The notes under the pieces were generated by a model. It saw nothing but the letters and a program-made list of their open reading frames with translations, had not been told where the DNA came from and did not search any database. Of a stretch of 35,029 nucleotides of DNA, positions 32,152 to 35,029 are shown one piece after another (positions within the stretch are counted from its first letter, which is position 1; every line of letters starts with the position of its first letter). Where the stretch lies: positions 10,457 to 45,485 of the forward strand of contig CALSCP010001463.1 of assembly GCA_943704425.1 (NCBI GenBank). Reading direction: 5' to 3'. Source of the DNA: Ministeria vibrans ATCC 50519. Taxonomy: Eukaryota; Protista; Filasterea. The position numbers were made by a program, and so were the translations under genes.

Positions 32152-34379
32152 TTATTCAAAGACAAAAACGTACAAATGGGCGTTGGTGGACGCCGTGTTG
32201 GTGAGGAACAGTGTAGCACCCTGAGGCACATATACAACGGAGTCGCGCTCGACGGACTTGTCCTTGATTTCCGTGGCCTGGGCGCCCTCCACCTTCATGT
32301 CAAGGGGTGCGTCGGCGTTGAGGGTGAGCACAATCCAGTCGGCGGCTGCAGTGATAGCAGGGTCGCCCAGCGGCGCGTCCAGCGGCACCCGGAGCACACC
32401 CCCATCACTGGGCACGTCCACCTTCCACCCTGCGCGTCCCTTCAATGTCTCCGAAGGCACACGATCGCCCCCACATCGTCCGCCACTGAACAGACTCAGA
32501 GTCGGGCTCTTCTCAACACTGGCAAAGGTCACACAGGTACGTGCGGCGGGGCCTGCTGCGCGCACCAGATAGTCCCAGAGTACCTGAGGATCAGAGACCT
32601 TCTTTTCACGGATGGCATCAACAATCGTGTGCTTGTCGGCAATGGGATCAACAATGGCGGCAATGGCGGCGTCGTCGCGAGGATTGGCGCGTCCATTGAA
32701 GCGCAGCGTAACATAAGTGGAGGTTGCAGAGGCGCCCACGGCGAGCATCGAGTGAGGCGACCGCCGTGCGCCATAGTACACGTCGCCCGCCTGCAGACGC
32801 GCGCGCACTGGCACGTGCGTGCGTACATTGACTGTGTCAGAGGGATCCAGGGTAACACTTTCATCGGGAAGCATTGTCGCCTCAAACTCACCGCCCGTCA
32901 CAACCATTATTTCCTCGTCGAGATGCGAGTGGATACGATGGACGAGCGTGTGCCGGCGCTGGTTGATTCCGTACGCCTCCATGAAACGCACGCGGCTGCT
33001 CGTGCGCGTGAACGCTGTGTTGACACACATCCCGTTCTTGTCCAGTCGACAGTAGAGTGGCGGTGTGCGCTCAACCATCTGCGAGTGAGTTGTGTGGAAA
33101 AAGTGAGTGAACAAGAGAGGAATACTATAATGTTCTACGATTAAAAAGATACCGCTTGTGCAACGAGTTTGGACGTAACGACAAAGGGAGGAGACTGCTG
33201 CTTGGAAGGGGACTTGCGTGAGTGGTCCTGGATGACACGCACAATGCGAAAAGGCCAGTCGGTTTCGCGCCCCAGTGCCTCGCCGCCCTCTCCCGTGCCA
33301 TCGGAAGCCGTGTTGTGCGGGGGCCAGCCGTTGACAAGGTTGTTGGTGTGCTGGAGGGGGCCGGTGTAGTGGTCTACGCGCGGATGGATGTTCGTGTCAA
33401 CGGGTGTGACGGCGGGGATCACAGGGGGCAGTTGGCGGCGGGGTGGACCGCCGTGGTGTTGGGGTGTGCGGATGGAGCACGAGACGGGCACAAAGCGAGC
33501 AATGGAAAAGTGTACGGGGGTAGCGCCTGTGTTCACCAGACGCCGCACCGTGTCGCTGTGCAGCAGTGCCACGGTAGGGCCCGTCAGCGTGCGCAGGTGC
33601 TCCTGAAGGCGCAGTGGTGGCGGTGATGCGGAGGTGCTCTGTGCGTCTGCGGTGGGTTCGGGAAATGCAGTGAGTTGGATGCGCTCGTCGAGTGTCCACT
33701 CGTGCGACTCGGCGACCACTTGTACCGAGGCGCCAGGGCCCACAACCACTGCGGTGATGGGTGTTTTGGTGCACTCGGGCGAGTCCTGGTCAAAGAAAAA
33801 GACAGTCTGATGGCCAGGTGCAACCGAGCGCTGTTCGACCGCCACAATAAGGAGGGGGTCGACGGAGGAGAGAGCCATCACAGCCTTGAGCAACTCCTCT
33901 TGCTGTGCAAACTCGGCGCACTTGCGCATGTACGCAGCACATGCGTGCGGGACGGGAGGTTCGGATGGAATGCCGTCGTGAAGACGGACCTTGTCCCATT
34001 TCGTCCAAGTAGCACTGTCAAGCGACGCCAGCGAAGCGGATATGGCTTGCACGCCGTCCTTTGCAAAGTCCTGGGGTGTTGCGCGTTGTTCTTCGTCCGG
34101 AGGAGGCGAAGAGACTGATTCCGGATGTGCGCTGTGTTGTTGTTGTTGTTGTTGCTGTTGTTGTTGCTGTTGTTGTTGCTGTTGTGGGAGCTGTTGCTGT
34201 TGTGGGTGCTGCTCGGGGTTTGCGTGCGGAGAGTGGGGTGTGGTGGGAGGGCGTGGGGGCGGCGATGGTGGTGGTGTAGTGAGTGGCGCACGGAAATCAG
34301 TGTGGCCCGGGCCCATCAGCATGTACACGAGGACCACCATAACGATCAAGGCCAGTATTCGTCGCCGGGCGGGGGGCAT
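32152..34379 (-). CDS. Uncharacterised type II membrane protein with Pro/Gln stem and C-terminal (bi)cupin domain, 2 exons
   Basis: ORFs 33141-34379 and 32152-33114 join in phase 0 through a GT-AG intron at 33152-33079 (..VAQA|MVER..). N-terminal RRR + TM helix. Cupin motif 1 HRIHSHLDEEIMVVTGGE and motif 2 LQAGDVYYGARRSPHS are present, plus a degenerate second repeat VVYVPQGATLFLTN. Confidence 0.75.
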
Positions 34380-34482
34380 GGTTGTGGCGAGAAAAATTGA
34401 TAAAGCGTAAAAGCGACAAAATGATTAATAATTTCAAATTTTGTTGATTTAATTGTAGTTGAAGAGACGGGCATAGCCAGAA

Positions 34483-35029
34483 ATGTCAACTTATTTACCG
34501 GGAACCGCCAGCTTGATCGATGAAGTGGACAGTAAGCAGAAAAAAAAAAACAATTGCGATTTTTTCATGAGTGCAGTGTTGTAAGGAGCCTCAGGGCTAT
34601 GCAAGAGGGGTTGGGTGGTTGGTTAGAGAGTGGATGAGGGCGAGGGTACAAGAAAAAGGGGAAAGAGAGAGAGAGGGAGAGAGAGAGAGTGAGTGAGTGA
34701 GTGAGTGAGAGAGAGAGAGCAAGCAGCTTTTTGTCGTCGGTTTAAAGAGCTCTTGTTGAGGGAGAGGAATGACGTAAAGCATGCCATGCTGAGTGTTGTG
34801 TGTCTGTGTCGTCTGTCTTGGCGGGTGGGTGGGAGTGGCGGTTGCGGTAACGGTCTTGCTGCATTGCAGAGAAGCTGATGGTGGTGCTGCGCGACGGACG
34901 CAAGTTGATCGGCTATTTGCGCTCCTTTGATCAGTTTGGTACGTGCTGGGGTGGCGAGCCAGGGTGGTTGTCTTGACTCTACGCGGGGTGTGTTTGTGTG
35001 TGTGTGTGTTTTTTTTTTTTTGCAGCCAA
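34483..35029 (+). CDS. LSM1: Sm-like protein LSm1, 5' part (continues beyond the window)
   Basis: Exons 34483-34531, ~34870-34938 and 35026- give [41 protein letters not shown], typical of LSm1. Confidence 0.92.

Noticed and set aside
33079-33152. U12-type intron (5' GTATCTTTT)
   Set aside because: It deviates from GTATCCTT and lacks a TCCTTAAC branch site. A CTCAC U2-type branch is present.
1733-35029. Alternative genetic code, selenocysteine or readthrough
   Set aside because: All reconstructed genes splice into open frames with the standard code and canonical GT-AG introns. No in-frame stops need explaining.

Overview
Gene-dense eukaryotic genomic DNA, most likely from a unicellular protist. 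It has short GT-AG introns, GC-rich exons, AT-rich ~100-bp intergenic spacers and many microsatellites. An animal-like gene set (SETD3, CYRI/FAM49, NELF-C/D, TMEM26-like) is compatible with a holozoan or amoebozoan-grade organism, but the taxon cannot be fixed from this window. I reconstructed 16 protein genes by hand-splicing: SETD3, class-3 lipase, CYRI, TMEM26-like, NELF-C/D, AKR7-like, GATA factor, MRT4, a short synaptobrevin/VAMP absent from the ORF track, NOL6/Utp22, SHMT, GH43 hydrolase, CCT-alpha, a Ppn1/SMPDL-type metallophosphoesterase, a membrane-anchored bicupin and the 5' part of LSM1. The window starts inside a decayed non-LTR retrotransposon. The most unusual signals are: (i) a short AATAAA+(TTC)n-tailed element found twice, each time inside an (AAT)n microsatellite, one copy next to the LINE relic, suggesting a microsatellite-targeting retroelement; (ii) a structured box C/D-like RNA candidate in an oversized CCT-alpha intron; (iii) a >20-copy TCCGAT array bounded by inverted repeats (MITE-like); (iv) one minisatellite family in introns of two unrelated genes. 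All identifications rest on motif recognition from memory; no searches were run.
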